A stretch of 45,167 nt of DNA from Candidatus Cloacimonadota bacterium (GTDB lineage Bacteria > Cloacimonadota > Cloacimonadia > JGIOTU-2): assembly GCA_049903315.1 (NCBI GenBank), contig JBNGBT010000013.1, forward strand, positions 1 through 45,167, given 5' to 3'. Made by a program: the position numbers and the translations under genes. The notes under the pieces were generated by a model. It was given only the letters and a program-made list of their open reading frames with translations, had not been told where the DNA came from and made no database searches. Shown piece by piece: positions 21,148-31,844 of this stretch; the stretch's first letter is position 1, and each line of letters opens with the position of its first letter.

Positions 21148-21633
21148 ATGAAAACCGAACGTCCCTTATGGAATGACTATTTTATGCAAATTGCCGAGCT
21201 CGTATCTTCTCGCTCCACCTGCCTTCGCAGAAAAGTGGGTGCAATAATTGTACGCGACAATCAAATCCTCTCTACCGGCTACAACGGCGCACCAAAGGGA
21301 GTTCCCCACTGTGCCGATGTCGGTGGCTGTCTACGATCAAGAATGAAGGTGCCTTCGGGCGAACGCCATGAACTTTGCCGCGGAATACATGCCGAACAGA
21401 ATGCAATTATTCAAGCTGCGGTCAATGGAATATCTGTAAAAGGCGGGACTATGTACTGCACGAACCAGCCCTGCTCCATCTGTGCAAAAATGATCGTGAA
21501 TGCCGAGATAAAAACAGTGTATATTGCAGATTCGTACCCGGACAAGCTCGCAGAAAGCATGTTCGCTGATGCTGATGTAAATGTCATTCTCATGGATATG
21601 AACGCAAAAGACCATCTGAAAAAAATCCTGTAA
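21148..21633 (+). CDS. dCMP deaminase (ComEB-like)
   Basis: [27 protein letters not shown]. Confidence 0.92.
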   Translation: MKTERPLWNDYFMQIAELVSSRSTCLRRKVGAIIVRDNQILSTGYNGAPKGVPHCADVGGCLRSRMKVPSGERHELCRGIHAEQNAIIQAAVNGISVKGGTMYCTNQPCSICAKMIVNAEIKTVYIADSYPDKLAESMFADADVNVILMDMNAKDHLKKIL

Positions 21634-22532
21634 TGTCACGGCGTAATGAAATGAAGACGGAAATGTTTGTTTACTATCTCGAAACACTCCTTTTCAGAAC
21701 ACTCTTGCGAACGATCAATCTTTTTTCTCTCGCTGCTGCGCGCCGTATTGGTCGCACACTTGGACTGCTCAATTTCCATATCGTAAAAGTGCGCTGCGCT
21801 GTGGTGAAAAGACAGTTGAAAGAAGCATTTCCTGAACTATCCGAGAAAGAGATTCATAAACTTATTCTTGAAATAAATATCTCATTTGGCTATACAGCTG
21901 TTGAATTCTGCTGGTTTTCACCCAAAAAATTTGATCAAATAAAAGAGTATGTTATTATTCAAGGGAAAGAAAATCTAAAAACAGCACTTACATATGAAAA
22001 AGGATGTATTATTTTTTCAGGTCATTTTGGGAATTGGGAACTTGCCGCACAACTCATTGGTTATCTCTCCGGCAACATCTATGCTGTGGCAAAAAAACAG
22101 AAAAATCCATATTTCAATACCTTAATAAACGAACTTCGAGAATCCAATAATGTTCATTTGATACCAAAAAAGGGAGCTCTTCGCGGAATTATTGATGCGC
22201 TGAAAGCGAATAGAAGTATCCTTATGCTTGGAGATCAGAATGCTGGTAAAACAGGCATTTCGGCAGATTTTTTTGACATGCCTGCGCAAACAAATCCAGG
22301 AACCGCAAAGATCGCTCTCAAATTCGGTGTTCCTATTATTTTTTCTATCTGCTCTCGTCTTCGTAATGGAAAATTTCGCCTTCGTTTGGAAAAATCAATT
22401 ATTCCAGAAGCACAAAACTCGGCAGATGAAGCAGTCCAATATTACACCCAACTCTTCACGAGCAGGCTGGAGCAATGGATCAGAAAATATCCCGAACAAT
22501 GGTTCTGGTTCCACCGAAGATGGAGGGTGTGA
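21633..22532 (+). CDS. Lipid A late acyltransferase (LpxL/HtrB family)
   Basis: GHFGNWE, DQ, PEQWFWFHRRW; start codon may be 21633 or 21651. Confidence 0.85.
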   Translation: MSRRNEMKTEMFVYYLETLLFRTLLRTINLFSLAAARRIGRTLGLLNFHIVKVRCAVVKRQLKEAFPELSEKEIHKLILEINISFGYTAVEFCWFSPKKFDQIKEYVIIQGKENLKTALTYEKGCIIFSGHFGNWELAAQLIGYLSGNIYAVAKKQKNPYFNTLINELRESNNVHLIPKKGALRGIIDALKANRSILMLGDQNAGKTGISADFFDMPAQTNPGTAKIALKFGVPIIFSICSRLRNGKFRLRLEKSIIPEAQNSADEAVQYYTQLFTSRLEQWIRKYPEQWFWFHRRWRV

Positions 22533-22562
22533 AGAATAAGAAAAATCACATAAGGAGTTGCA

Positions 22563-24677
22563 ATGATTTTCAGGAAAAGTCTCACTTTATTTTTAATTAT
22601 ATTTATCCTCAGCTTCACTGTATTGTCAGCGGATAAAAATGCTCTCATCGGAGAATGGACGGGTTCAGTAAAAGTTCCGGGGCAGGAATTGGATGTCGTT
22701 GTTGAATTTCTTTTCGAAGACAACCTTGTTGTAGGATTTATTGATATTCCACTTCAGCAAGCGATAGATCTTTCGCTTGAAAATATTACTCTTGAAAATT
22801 CCAATATTACTTTTGCAATTAAAGATGTGCCGGGTGAGCCCACATTTAATGGAAATTTGTCCGACGATGGCAACACAATAAGTGGTGAATTTACACAGAG
22901 TGGCGCAACCTTCCCCTTTTCTCTTATCAGGAAATCCGAGCAGGAAAAGCTGCATGAAGCAGAAAAACTGGAAGAAAAACTTCAAGCGATAAGAACTTTC
23001 ATAGATTCCACTATGTCGCAGTGGCATGTCGCAGGATTATCTGTCGCAGTCGTAAAGGATAATGAGATTCTTATGACAGAAGGTTTTGGATATCGCGATT
23101 TCGAGAATGAGCTACCTGTGAGCTCGCAAACCCTCTTCGCAATAGGATCGTCATCTAAAGCATTTACTGCGTTCTCGGTCGGGTTGCTTGTTGATGAAGG
23201 AATTATAGATTGGGATACTCCCATAAAAGAATATATGCCTGATTTCAAAATGTATAATGACTTCGCCACACAGGAAATGACTGCCATCGACCTTCTTTCA
23301 CATCGCTGCGGCTTACCCCGGCATGACCTGATGTGGTATGGCGCATATTTTTCTCGTGAAGAAATGTATGACCGCCTTCGATATCTTGAACCAAACGAAC
23401 CATTCCGCTACACCTTTCAATACCAGAATCTTATGTATATGACTGCGGGTTTAATGGTCGGCAGATTGACAAACAGCACATGGGAGGACGTAGTTCATGA
23501 AAGAATTTTTATACCTTTGGGGATGAGTAACAGTAATTTCTCGGTTGATGCTTCTCAGAATTCTGATAATTATTCTCTGCCATATCAAGTGAACGAAAAT
23601 GACGAAATAGCAAAAATGGATTTCATGAACCTTTCTGCAGTAGGCCCAGCAGGTTCGATCAACTCCTGCGCTGATGATATGGCTCAGTGGGTCAGGATGC
23701 TCCTTAACAAAGGAGCTGTTGATGACACTCAGATCATGCTTGAAGCAACGGTCGAGAATCTTATCACGCCGCATATGTTCATTGGCGGAGAAAGTTCGAG
23801 TGAGGAACTTACTTATCGCGCTTACGGAATGGGCTGGTTCATCTTCACGTATCGGGGTCACCCTTATGTCAATCATGGCGGCAATATCGACGGATTCACG
23901 GCACTTGTAAACCTGCTCCCAGATGACAATCTCGGTGTCGTAATCTTGACCAATCAGAATAATTCCTACTATGCAAGCATTGCGAGTTACTATATAATTG
24001 ATCAGCTTCTTGATCTTGAACCTGTGGATTGGCATGGAAGAAATCTCATTCAGCAGGAGACTCTTTCTGAGATCGAGAATGTATCAGAAACATTAAAACG
24101 AGTTGAGGGAACCAAGCCATCTCATAAGCTTGAAGATTATGTTGGTGTCTATGAAAATCCAGGATATGGTATAATACAGATCGAGCAAAATGACAACGAA
24201 CTCTACATGGTGTACCATTCCTTTGCAAGTCCGCTTGAGCACTGGCATTATGATGTCTTTAAACCAACAGAGGGACTGCTTGCGGATTCAGATATCCTTA
24301 TAGAATTCCATACAAATCTGCAGGGAGATATCTTCAGGTTGTCTGCACCATTTGAAGCATCAGTTTCGCCAATTATTTTTGAGAAACTCCCACCGGAAAA
24401 AATGTCCGATCCGGCATATCTTGTGCAATTTGCAGGTACATACGAATTGGCTGAGATAAAAGTATCAGTTGATCTCAACAAATCTGGGCTTCTCATTCTC
24501 ACCTACCCGGGGCAGCCGGCATATGAGCTTCATCCTTATGCTGATAATAAATTTCAAATTGGTGATCTCGAAAATTACTATGTGGAATTTCAGCTTGATA
24601 AAAAGAGAGTAACTGGGATGTCTTTCATTCAACCGAATGGTGTTGTACACGCAGTAAAGGTCGATGAAAACCAATAA
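22563..24677 (+). CDS. Secreted serine hydrolase, class C beta-lactamase/peptidase S12 family, with accessory domains
   Basis: SxxK (IGSSSK), LLSHRCGL, YQN, HGG; C-terminal YVGVYENPGYG (DUF3471-like). Confidence 0.85.
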   Translation: MIFRKSLTLFLIIFILSFTVLSADKNALIGEWTGSVKVPGQELDVVVEFLFEDNLVVGFIDIPLQQAIDLSLENITLENSNITFAIKDVPGEPTFNGNLSDDGNTISGEFTQSGATFPFSLIRKSEQEKLHEAEKLEEKLQAIRTFIDSTMSQWHVAGLSVAVVKDNEILMTEGFGYRDFENELPVSSQTLFAIGSSSKAFTAFSVGLLVDEGIIDWDTPIKEYMPDFKMYNDFATQEMTAIDLLSHRCGLPRHDLMWYGAYFSREEMYDRLRYLEPNEPFRYTFQYQNLMYMTAGLMVGRLTNSTWEDVVHERIFIPLGMSNSNFSVDASQNSDNYSLPYQVNENDEIAKMDFMNLSAVGPAGSINSCADDMAQWVRMLLNKGAVDDTQIMLEATVENLITPHMFIGGESSSEELTYRAYGMGWFIFTYRGHPYVNHGGNIDGFTALVNLLPDDNLGVVILTNQNNSYYASIASYYIIDQLLDLEPVDWHGRNLIQQETLSEIENVSETLKRVEGTKPSHKLEDYVGVYENPGYGIIQIEQNDNELYMVYHSFASPLEHWHYDVFKPTEGLLADSDILIEFHTNLQGDIFRLSAPFEASVSPIIFEKLPPEKMSDPAYLVQFAGTYELAEIKVSVDLNKSGLLILTYPGQPAYELHPYADNKFQIGDLENYYVEFQLDKKRVTGMSFIQPNGVVHAVKVDENQ

Positions 24678-24790
24678 CCTATCCTGGAATATAGGACTAA
24701 ATCGTATAATTATTAAAACGACAAAAATATTGCACAAAAAAATATCCGGTCGTCGATTGCGTTAAATGAGTATACTTCAAAGGCGTTTCA

Positions 24791-26989
24791 ATGAAAAAAG
24801 ATAGTACTGAGGAAAAATCGAATTTCGGGCATTTTTTCGCCAAAATATATAAAAAATGGCAGGTCGGGCTTATAGTTGCCATCGTCATTGCGATCATGAC
24901 AACGCTATTTTATCAAACGGATATTGGCAAACAGCTTGAGTGGAAAACCGTTGATTATCGTTTCCGTTCTTTCACTATTCCGCAGCGTGCAGACTCAAAT
25001 GTCGTACTCGTTGCCATTGACAATACCAGTCTCAATTACTTTGAGGATTTCGGTGTTTTATGGAAGTGGCCCCGCAATTTCTACGGTGTTGCTGTAAATT
25101 ATTTTGCTTCTGTCGGTGCAAAAGCGATCATCTTTGATATGATGTTCGATGATCCCGATATTGACAGAGCAGAGACAGATGCCAGCGAAACAGACGGCGC
25201 ATTTGCTCATTTCATAGGACAGGCGGGGAATGTCATCCTTGGTGCTGAATTTACCATGAACGAAACTGACGACACATCGGACATTACACCCTTTTCAATA
25301 AAACCAAAAATAGAAAGCCCTCTTTTTTCTCAAAATTTCAAAGGTGGCATAATACCGATTGAAGTATTATTACAAGCCACTCGCGGACTGGGATTTCTCA
25401 ACATCCGTCCGGATAACGACGGCATCATCCGAAGAGTGCCGCTGATCTACTCATATAAAGGAAATTATTACTCTCAGGTCGCATACAGCGGTTTTCTCGC
25501 CGGACAAAAACAGGATAAAGTCACTGTAAAGAGAAGTACTTTTGTCACAAACGGACTTTCAATTCCTGTAGATAAAAACGACAAATATTTTATAAACTGG
25601 TACGGACCTGGCGGCAAAGAAGGCGTATTCAAGTATTATCCTTTTGCGGCAGTATTTCAATCTGCACTTGCAATGCAAACAGGCGGTGAACCCTCTTTAC
25701 CGACCAACACATTCAAAGATAAATATATCATTCTCGGCGCAACTGCATCCGGCTTATCGGATTTGCGTCCTACGCCGTTTATCAATCCATATCCCGGCAT
25801 GGAGATATGGGCAACAGCTTTGAGCAATTTCCTGAACACAGATTTCGTAAGTATTGTTCCGGGCTGGATAAATTTTCTTCATGTCATTCTCGTTGCATTT
25901 ATAACCTTTATTATTTTCATTCGCCTCAAACCCAAGATCGCAAATCCACTCATGATCCTTGTAATAGCATACATCATCGGCATCACAATCTTGCTCTGGA
26001 AAGCTGACAGAATATTACTCAATCTTTCTATGCCGCTGATAGGATTTGTGCTTTCCTACGGATATAGCGCTACGATCAGCTACATTATGGAAGGGCGTTC
26101 TAAGCGCGATATAAAAAAGGTATTCACGAGGTATCTTCATCCGGATGTGATAGAAACCCTGCTTGTTGACCCGGATTCAATAAAGATCGGCGGAGACAGT
26201 ATTAATGCAACTGTTCTATTTACAGACATTGCGAACTTCACTACCTTTTCCGAGGGTAAAACCCCCAAACAATTGGTTGATTTTCTCAATGAATATTTTG
26301 ATAAACTCACCGGCTTCATGCTGGAAAATAACGGACTCCTCGACAAATACACAGGTGATGGCATTATGGCGATCTTCGGCGCACCAATTCCACGAGATGA
26401 TCATGCACTCATGGCATGCAGGGCTGCACTTGAACACAGAAAGTATTGCCAGCAACTGCAAGAAGAAAAGCAGGAATTCAATTCCGTTGATAATTTTCAT
26501 ATTCACACGAGGACAGGACTGAATTCCGGACCGATCGTTGCAGGAAACATCGGTTCAAAAAACAGAATGGACTATACCGCGATTGGTGACAATGTGAATC
26601 TTGCAGCGCGCCTTGAAGGTGTAAATAAAATATACAAAACACAGATCATGCTGAGCGAATCCACTTATGACCTGGTCAAAGACCAATTCCTATGCCGTGA
26701 ACTTGACCGGTTGCGCGTAAAAGGAAAAACAGAACCTACCTCCGTCTATGAACTTCTTGATAACAATACGGACGAAGCGGTTCAGAAAAATGTGTGGATC
26801 GATGATTATGCGAAGGGGCTTTCCTCTTATAAAAAAGCAGATTGGAACAAAGCTATTGACATATTTGAGAGACTTTCCCAAAATCCAGTCAATGATAAAG
26901 CTTCCGGTGTGATGCTGGAGCGATGCAAAAAATTTAAGCATGAAACGCCCAAAGACTGGGACGGCATTTTTACCCTGGAGGTAAAATAA
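24791..26989 (+). CDS. CHASE2-domain class III adenylate cyclase
   Basis: WKWPR, DNDGIIRR, 3 TM; FTDIANFT, DKYTGD (Lys = ATP specificity), DYTAIGDNVNLAARLE. Confidence 0.92.
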   Translation: MKKDSTEEKSNFGHFFAKIYKKWQVGLIVAIVIAIMTTLFYQTDIGKQLEWKTVDYRFRSFTIPQRADSNVVLVAIDNTSLNYFEDFGVLWKWPRNFYGVAVNYFASVGAKAIIFDMMFDDPDIDRAETDASETDGAFAHFIGQAGNVILGAEFTMNETDDTSDITPFSIKPKIESPLFSQNFKGGIIPIEVLLQATRGLGFLNIRPDNDGIIRRVPLIYSYKGNYYSQVAYSGFLAGQKQDKVTVKRSTFVTNGLSIPVDKNDKYFINWYGPGGKEGVFKYYPFAAVFQSALAMQTGGEPSLPTNTFKDKYIILGATASGLSDLRPTPFINPYPGMEIWATALSNFLNTDFVSIVPGWINFLHVILVAFITFIIFIRLKPKIANPLMILVIAYIIGITILLWKADRILLNLSMPLIGFVLSYGYSATISYIMEGRSKRDIKKVFTRYLHPDVIETLLVDPDSIKIGGDSINATVLFTDIANFTTFSEGKTPKQLVDFLNEYFDKLTGFMLENNGLLDKYTGDGIMAIFGAPIPRDDHALMACRAALEHRKYCQQLQEEKQEFNSVDNFHIHTRTGLNSGPIVAGNIGSKNRMDYTAIGDNVNLAARLEGVNKIYKTQIMLSESTYDLVKDQFLCRELDRLRVKGKTEPTSVYELLDNNTDEAVQKNVWIDDYAKGLSSYKKADWNKAIDIFERLSQNPVNDKASGVMLERCKKFKHETPKDWDGIFTLEVK

Positions 26990-28257
26990 TGAAGAATAAA
27001 TATTATCTTTTTATTATTGTGATCATACTCAGTATTTTTGTGATCATTCTGCAGCTCTTTGCGCTTGGAAATGTTACGATCAAGCGCGAGCAGGCATATC
27101 TTCGAAGCGGACCGGGCTCGTATTATCCCCCTGTTGCAACACTCCCGGAAGGATATTCTGTGACAGTTATCGAGGACAATGACAGTTGGCTGAAAGTCGA
27201 AGCAGACACGCTCGCCGGATATATTTCAGTCAAAGTTACAGAAGGTAAAAAAGAAGCTGACGATATGTTTGCCCAGATGGGTTCTCAGAAAGCCATTACA
27301 GAAATTTCTCAGATCGGTATGACTGCGGGCATAAAAGCAATGAGCGGAAAATTCTCAAAGAAGATTGATGAAAAAGTTGATTTCATAGATGAATTCCTCA
27401 GCTATCATATAAACCCGTATAATTTTGAGCAATTTCGGAAGGACACCTATCGCTCTACAAATCTGAAAAAGATACAAAAGGGCGTGAAACTTCCCCGCTT
27501 CGATGCACCCCAATTCTTCACATTCTCAGAAGAAGCGATGGGATTTGCTATTGCGAACAAAATTGCAGAACTCGGATTATATCATGACAAAGCGCTTCAG
27601 GATTATGTGAACTATGTGGGACTTCTCGTTGCTCAGGCAAACGATTCCTATGACATTCCCTACAAATTCTTCATCCTGGACATCAATGTTCCCAACGCAT
27701 ATTCCTGCCCGGGCGGGATCGTTTTCATCACAACCGGAATGCTTAAAGCAATTGCAAATGAAGCAGAACTGGCTGCAGTACTCGGTCATGAAATCGCGCA
27801 CGTTTCCCACTATCACGGGATGCAGGAACTGGAAAAAAGAAAAGTGCAGATCATTGCGGAGGACTCCTTTGCAGAACTCGATGACCTGTCTGACGAAATG
27901 TATGGACATGACGAAAAATATGACGATGTTGAAGCTGAACTCGAGGATATCGCACTTTCCATCTATGAAACCATTTATCAGGGACGGCTCGAGGAATATG
28001 AAGAAGAAGCAGACATGCTTGCCTTACTCTATACGGCACGAGCCGGTTACAATCCGCAAGCCCTCGAACACATCCTTATGCGCCTGATCCTGCTTGGAAA
28101 AGCTTCTAACAACGAACATTACACTCAGACACAAATAGGATGGAGAAAAGATCTTGTTGAGAAAAAGCTGAGTTCTTACGATCTGCCAAAAGGATTGCAA
28201 TATTGGGAAAACCGTTATCAGCTATACACGAATAAGCTCAAAGCTTCAAAACATTGA
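26989..28257 (+). CDS. SH3b-domain M48 metallopeptidase
   Basis: LRSGPGSYY (SH3b); PNAYSCPGG, HEIAH, EEEAD..AGY; TAATG coupling to the cyclase. Confidence 0.85.
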   Translation: MKNKYYLFIIVIILSIFVIILQLFALGNVTIKREQAYLRSGPGSYYPPVATLPEGYSVTVIEDNDSWLKVEADTLAGYISVKVTEGKKEADDMFAQMGSQKAITEISQIGMTAGIKAMSGKFSKKIDEKVDFIDEFLSYHINPYNFEQFRKDTYRSTNLKKIQKGVKLPRFDAPQFFTFSEEAMGFAIANKIAELGLYHDKALQDYVNYVGLLVAQANDSYDIPYKFFILDINVPNAYSCPGGIVFITTGMLKAIANEAELAAVLGHEIAHVSHYHGMQELEKRKVQIIAEDSFAELDDLSDEMYGHDEKYDDVEAELEDIALSIYETIYQGRLEEYEEEADMLALLYTARAGYNPQALEHILMRLILLGKASNNEHYTQTQIGWRKDLVEKKLSSYDLPKGLQYWENRYQLYTNKLKASKH

Positions 28258-28304
28258 CAGTAAAGCATGTACGTTCTTCTCATATGCATAAATACGGAGG
28301 TTGC

Positions 28305-29072
28305 ATGAAAAAGATTTTAGTAATGATGATACTTCTCTTTACGTGCCAGGCACTTGTTGCGCTGGAGATGACAGAACTGATCGACTGTCCTACTGCAGGC
28401 ATACTTCAGAAAGGGGAAGTAAAATTCCCAATTAACATTTTCGATCAAGGGGGCGTTTCATTTGGTGCTGGCGTGGGAGTGCTTCCCAAGCTTATGTTCG
28501 GTATCCAGTACGGAGGGGAATATATAATCGGCGACTCGATCCCGCAGTGGGATTCTTACCCGGGTGTTTTTGTAAAATACCGTATTTTTGACGAATCTCC
28601 GACACTGCCTGCTATTGCTATTGGATTTGATTCACGGGGATTTGGCACATATACAGATTCGCTGAGTGACGGTAACGAGATTAACCGGTTTGCAATAAAA
28701 TCAAAGGGCTTTTACGCAGTCGCCAGCAGAAATTTCAATTTTATTGGAAACCTCGGATTACATGGCGGCATCAACTACAGCACAGAATGGGATGACAATG
28801 ACAGCAATCTGAATTTCTTTGCCGGACTCGACAAAAGCATCAACCAGCACATCACGTTGCTTGTCGAATACGATTTTGCCTTTAACGATAATGGCAAAGG
28901 TAAAGATGAAGAAACATACAGCTTTGGAGAAGGGAACGGCTATCTGAACGCCGCACTCCTGTTTAATGTTGCAGAAAATATCAGAATACAGATAAACTTC
29001 CGCGACTTTCTTGGCAATCAATATAAAAATCCCGACCGCTCAATATCGATCGGGTATTTTGCTCGTCTATAA
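28305..29072 (+). CDS. YjbH-like outer-membrane beta-barrel protein
   Basis: SD ggagg; signal peptide; LIDCPTAGIL, PAIAIG, amphipathic strands. Confidence 0.65.
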   Translation: MKKILVMMILLFTCQALVALEMTELIDCPTAGILQKGEVKFPINIFDQGGVSFGAGVGVLPKLMFGIQYGGEYIIGDSIPQWDSYPGVFVKYRIFDESPTLPAIAIGFDSRGFGTYTDSLSDGNEINRFAIKSKGFYAVASRNFNFIGNLGLHGGINYSTEWDDNDSNLNFFAGLDKSINQHITLLVEYDFAFNDNGKGKDEETYSFGEGNGYLNAALLFNVAENIRIQINFRDFLGNQYKNPDRSISIGYFARL

Positions 29073-29073
29073 T

Positions 29074-30945
29074 ATGATCAAAACAAAGATACTCAAGCCG
29101 CTTGTTTTATTGAGCGGCTTTTTATTTCTATGCGTACTCGTCCATGCTTCAAGCCCGTTGTTTTATTACTCCCTTGCAGAAGTTGCGTTGGATCAAGGAC
29201 AATATGAAACTGCAGACTCTCTCCTCGAGATCGCTTATCAGATTGATCCTAACTCCGAAGAGGTGATCGTCGAACGTCTGAACGTGCTGTATTATCTACA
29301 AAATGATGAAAAGCTCATCTCTTTTGCCGAAGATGTTCTTGCAAAGGGCATCGTGCTTAAGGAAGTGTATGTAATGCTCGCTGAAAGCTATATGACAGTA
29401 GGGGAGATGAACAAAGCAAACGAAATCCTGAATGAAGGACTTGGGCAAATTGAAGAAAAGAGTATGCTGTACCTGGCATTATACAGAGTTGCATCCCGGG
29501 AACAAGATGGCACGAAAGCCATGCAGAATCTCCATCGTGCTGAAATAGAGACCGAAGATCCGGAAATTCTCTACCAGATTGCAATGGAGTACTCTCGCCT
29601 TCAGGATAATTTGATGTTCGAAATGACGCTGCTGAGAATTCTTGCACTTGATCCGGACTTTTCACAAGCTCGTATCTGGCTGGGTGATTTTTACTATAAC
29701 AACAAGGAATTCTCAAAAGCGATCATGGAGCTGGAGTTTCTTCTCGAAAATCCCCAGGAAACTTCTACGATATCTATGCGGCAGCTTCTCCTCTCATACT
29801 ATTTTACCCAGCAGTTCGAAAAAGTGCTCGGAATGTCGGACTACTTCCCACTCGACCTCATGGATTCCGTACAAAAGAGAATGTTCTTCTTTTCCGCGTA
29901 TCAGGCTCAAAGATTTCCCGAAGCGATAAAGTATGGAGAAACTCTTCTCCTGGAAAAAGAGAATATAGAACCTGATCGCTTGCAGGAGCTGTATGAAATG
30001 ATGGCAGTCTCCGAGATTCAACTCCAAAATTATAAGCAGGCAAACGAATATTTTCTTACGATAAACGATGAACGCTTTTTGCTCCCACACCTGAACATTA
30101 TTCCATTTATTGTGAATGAGACCGGCGATGTTTCCCTCTTTCATTCACTGCTTGATTATGCAGACTCAACCCATGCAGACACACTTTCCTGCACTCTGAA
30201 AGCACTGCTTGCATACAACTATGCAAAATTTGATTCCCTCGAACTCTCTCAAAAATATCTTTCTGAAATTGACTTTAAGGTTTGTATGCAAAACTATCCA
30301 CTCGTATTGATCTCCTATGCAATGCTAAAAACAGGGACTCCCCCGGATTCTGTATATACTCTCCTTGAAATGCGTCCAGACAAGGACATGACCAGTGCAC
30401 AGTGGCTTGGGCAGTACTATGCGGATATTGAAGACGTAAAAAACGCAGAATACTATTTTTCACAAGCTCTTGAGCAGGACAGCACAAACCTTGATCTCTA
30501 CCTCAGTGTCGCACAGTTCTATAATGAGAATGATCTTTTTGAGCAGGAAATTGCAACGCTTGGGCAGGGCATGAAATTTTTCCCTGAAAATCCCGATATT
30601 CTGAACTGGCTCGGCTACTCCCTGGCTGAGCACGATATTCGGCTTGAAGAGGCGCGTCAAATGCTCGAAAAAGCAGTTGAACTCGCCCCTGATAATATCT
30701 ATATATGGGATAGTCTTGGGTGGGTGTATTATAAACTCGGCATGTATAAAGATGCCCTGAATGCTATGCAGATACTGATTGATGATGATGTGGATGATTC
30801 TGTCATCTGTTATCATCTCGGGGTGATCTACCTGGAAAACGGCATGACGGATAAAGCAAAAGAACTTCTCCAATACTCAGTCGATTTTAATAATAATGAA
30901 GAAGCTGCTGGTAAAGCACAAGAAGTCCTCGAAAAACTCAAGTAA
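29074..30945 (+). CDS. Periplasmic TPR protein
   Basis: Signal peptide; LNWLGYSLA..A..L.P.N..IWDSLGWVYYKLG. Confidence 0.85.
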   Translation: MIKTKILKPLVLLSGFLFLCVLVHASSPLFYYSLAEVALDQGQYETADSLLEIAYQIDPNSEEVIVERLNVLYYLQNDEKLISFAEDVLAKGIVLKEVYVMLAESYMTVGEMNKANEILNEGLGQIEEKSMLYLALYRVASREQDGTKAMQNLHRAEIETEDPEILYQIAMEYSRLQDNLMFEMTLLRILALDPDFSQARIWLGDFYYNNKEFSKAIMELEFLLENPQETSTISMRQLLLSYYFTQQFEKVLGMSDYFPLDLMDSVQKRMFFFSAYQAQRFPEAIKYGETLLLEKENIEPDRLQELYEMMAVSEIQLQNYKQANEYFLTINDERFLLPHLNIIPFIVNETGDVSLFHSLLDYADSTHADTLSCTLKALLAYNYAKFDSLELSQKYLSEIDFKVCMQNYPLVLISYAMLKTGTPPDSVYTLLEMRPDKDMTSAQWLGQYYADIEDVKNAEYYFSQALEQDSTNLDLYLSVAQFYNENDLFEQEIATLGQGMKFFPENPDILNWLGYSLAEHDIRLEEARQMLEKAVELAPDNIYIWDSLGWVYYKLGMYKDALNAMQILIDDDVDDSVICYHLGVIYLENGMTDKAKELLQYSVDFNNNEEAAGKAQEVLEKLK

Positions 30946-31031
30946 CGATATCTGATTATGCAGAAAAATCTTTTGGACAAAAAAATAGAAACACTTAAAT
31001 AATAACATATATTTATACAAAAGGAGTTTTA

Positions 31032-31247
31032 ATGGCACAGAAGAAAGCAGATAAGGTCGAACGCTTTAAATTTGAGAAGATCAATATATTACTTTTTATC
31101 GCAGCGATCGTCGCGATCATTATCGGATTCATTATAGTGAATTCAACCACAACCTTTGGGGCGATACTCCTCGTTCTTGGATATGCAGTTCTTATTCCTC
31201 TTTCCCTTCTTATTAGACCTAAAAAGAAAGATCCCGAAGCTCAATAA
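31032..31247 (+). CDS. Small 2-TM membrane protein (DUF3098-like)
   Basis: SD aaggag; F.K.N..L..IIIGF..ILLVLGY.VLIP. Confidence 0.7.
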   Translation: MAQKKADKVERFKFEKINILLFIAAIVAIIIGFIIVNSTTTFGAILLVLGYAVLIPLSLLIRPKKKDPEAQ

Positions 31248-31250
31248 TAT

Positions 31251-31652
31251 ATGCGCAAGAGGACTGTTTTTTATCTATTTCTCATTTTCACCCTTGTTCC
31301 GCTGATTGAGCTTTCACTCCTCATCAAGGTGGGATCTCTGATCGGGTTCTGGCGTACTGTTGCCATAATCTTGATCACAGGATTGGGTGGCGCTTATCTT
31401 GCTCGGGCGCAGGGCTTCAGCACTATCGATGCAATAAAGCGGGATATTGCAGAGGGCAGGTTTCCTGCAGAACGCCTGCTGGATGGGGCAATAATCTTAT
31501 TTGGTGCCGCTCTCCTTATTACACCCGGACTTATTACAGATTTTATCGGATTGTCATGTATGTTTCCGGCAACGAGAACAATATTTAAAACTCCGCTTAA
31601 AAAATATCTGAGAAATAAATTTTTCGGAAATGATTTTATTATTGATCCGTAG
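31251..31652 (+). CDS. fxsA: FxsA family membrane protein
   Basis: VPLIEL..LI.VG, AQG, LLITPGLITD. Confidence 0.9.
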   Translation: MRKRTVFYLFLIFTLVPLIELSLLIKVGSLIGFWRTVAIILITGLGGAYLARAQGFSTIDAIKRDIAEGRFPAERLLDGAIILFGAALLITPGLITDFIGLSCMFPATRTIFKTPLKKYLRNKFFGNDFIIDP

Positions 31653-31711
31653 GGTCAATTCCCCGAATTGACCTCTATATTTACGTGTCTGGTTGGGGCA
31701 ATCAGCCCTAC
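31649..31711. repeat. GTAG-type REP doublet
   Basis: GTAGggtcaattccccgaattgacc and an inverted ggttggggcaatcagccCTAC. Confidence 0.7.
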
Positions 31712-31727
31712 ATGTATAATCAAGAAC

Positions 31728-31801
31728 TGTCACGCTGAGCCTGCCGAAGCGCAACAAACGTATATTTATCTTTTTCAGTCTTCGACAAACTCAGACTGAC
31801 A
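31728..31801. repeat. Inverted pair of gtca..ctgag..tcgaag palindromic repeats
   Basis: tgtcacgctgagcctgccgaag (31728-31749) vs cttcgacaaactcagactgaca (31780-31801). Confidence 0.65.
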
Positions 31802-31844
31802 TTCTATTAGACCTTCGGATTTAGAAATTTATTGAATGTAATTC

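Noticed and set aside
24698..24722. Second Zur box upstream of the adenylate cyclase (aaatcgtataattattaaaacga)
   Set aside because: Symmetry is imperfect and it does not match the 10-1-10 site at 2056.
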